Source: a bacterium
Lineage (GTDB): Bacteria > Hydrothermota > 32-111
Direction: 5' to 3'
Assembly: GCA_046484245.1 (NCBI GenBank)
Contig: JAWOBN010000056.1
Location: 1-27,076 of the forward strand
Length of the DNA stretch: 27,076 nucleotides
The notes under the pieces were generated by a model that saw nothing but the letters and a program-made list of their open reading frames with translations, was not told the origin of the DNA and did not search any database. The position numbers and the translations under genes are program-made. The first letter of the stretch is position 1. Every line of letters starts with the position of its first letter. Positions 26,030-27,076 of this stretch are shown here, one piece after another.

Positions 26030-26440
26030 ATGCAGGCACTGGGGAAACATATTATTGCAGAACTCTATAAATGCAGCAGTTCTGTTCTCAATGACAGTGA
26101 TGTAATGGAGAAACATATGAGAGAGGCAGCCAGACTCAGCGGGGCTACTATCATCTCCAGTTCATTCCATCATTTCTCGCCATTCGGTGTCAGCGGGGTT
26201 GTTATCATAGCAGAGTCCCATCTAACTGTTCATACCTGGCCTGAATACGGTTATGCCTCAATTGACATCTATACATGCGGGGATACACTTGACCCGTATA
26301 AGGCATACAGGTATCTCATAGAGCATCTCAGATCCGGGGAACAGTCTGTTATGGAGATGAAACGCGGTATGTTTGATGTTCAGCATAAGCTCCTTCATAA
26401 GGCGGATAAACGTAAATCCCTCAAGAATGAGTTTGTTTAG
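26030..26440 (+). CDS. speD: S-adenosylmethionine decarboxylase proenzyme (short class 1B)
   Basis: 'LGKHIIAELY.C', 'FSPFGVSGVVIIAESHLTVHTWPEYGYASIDIYTCG' with the E/SH cleavage site. ATG 26030 follows AGGAGG. Confidence 0.95.
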   Translation: MQALGKHIIAELYKCSSSVLNDSDVMEKHMREAARLSGATIISSSFHHFSPFGVSGVVIIAESHLTVHTWPEYGYASIDIYTCGDTLDPYKAYRYLIEHLRSGEQSVMEMKRGMFDVQHKLLHKADKRKSLKNEFV

Positions 26441-26469
26441 CGCAGCTTATCAGTTGACAGGAGGCCACA

Positions 26470-27076
26470 ATGAATATGAAGCACAGACCGGAAGGTCATA
26501 TATGGCATTATGAGAAATTCTCAGCCTGTTCAGGGCAGTTTATCAGAATAGACAGTATAGTGCATTCCGAGCAGTCAGATTTCCAGAAGATAACAGTTTT
26601 TGACAATGAGGATTACGGCAGGGTCCTTCTTATTGATGACATGATGATGCTTACACAGAGGGATGAATTCGTCTATCATGAGATGATCACCCATGTCCCT
26701 GTCAATATCAGCAGGGAAATCAGGGATGTCCTCATAATAGGCGGCGGTGATCTGGGGACAGTAAGGGAACTTTCCAAATTCACAGGCATAGAAAGAATAA
26801 AGCTCATAGAGATTGACAGCAGTGTTATTGAAGTATCAAAGAAATACTTTCCCTTCCTCACTGAGGGTATAAGGGAGGATGCGGAAATATCCATTGATGA
26901 CGGAATCAAATACATAGAGGATACAGAGGATGTATTTGATCTGATTATTGTTGACGGAACTGACCCGATTGGTCCCGGCAAAGTCCTCTTCAGTGAAGAA
27001 TTCCTCTCAGGGTGCAGCAAACATCTAAAGCCCGGGGGATTGACAGCAATACAGGGTGAGAGTCCCTTTGCATACC
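26470..27076 (+). CDS. speE: Spermidine synthase (polyamine aminopropyltransferase), 3'-truncated by window end; absent from ORF track
   Basis: MNMKHRPEG...'QSDFQKITVFDNEDYGRVLLIDD', 'DEFVYHEMITHVP', 'VLIIGGGDLGTVRE', 'EID', 'DLIIVDGTDPIGPG'. SD AGGAGG. Confidence 0.93.
   Translation, partial: MNMKHRPEGHIWHYEKFSACSGQFIRIDSIVHSEQSDFQKITVFDNEDYGRVLLIDDMMMLTQRDEFVYHEMITHVPVNISREIRDVLIIGGGDLGTVRELSKFTGIERIKLIEIDSSVIEVSKKYFPFLTEGIREDAEISIDDGIKYIEDTEDVFDLIIVDGTDPIGPGKVLFSEEFLSGCSKHLKPGGLTAIQGESPFAY

Noticed and set aside
26676..27020. 114-aa minus-strand ORF
   Set aside because: Antisense to the clear speE frame.

Overview
Bacterial chromosomal window of roughly 40% GC (rough count), almost all on the + strand. 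It opens with the 3' end of a low-GC Ig-like-domain gene. A DnaJ-TPR / Roadblock / ComEC operon follows, then a convergent DUF3467 gene, a GT-C-like membrane protein with a UDP-GlcNAc-type 2-epimerase, two MBL-fold hydrolases, xerD and a 1420-aa coiled-coil protein. Next is a surface-polysaccharide cluster: NeuA-like, WbpA-like, Wzc, WbpB-like, DegT aminotransferase, PglF/CapD, carbamoyltransferase plus SxtJ-like and SxtK/DUF5989-like genes. The window ends with a GNAT gene, a 39-bp inverted-repeat element, tRNA-Pro(GGG), speD and a truncated speE. The most striking observations are: (1) an in-frame mosaic of seven different 7-bp tandem-repeat families inside the giant gene, with units altered exactly where an in-frame stop would otherwise occur; (2) eight sigma70-like promoters that all have 16-bp spacers, five positioned for leaderless or near-leaderless mRNAs; (3) a REPIN/MITE-like element; (4) a diamino-uronic-acid pathway with no WbpD-type acetyltransferase in view but with a carbamoyltransferase module. 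All family calls are by motif recognition only; no database searches were run.
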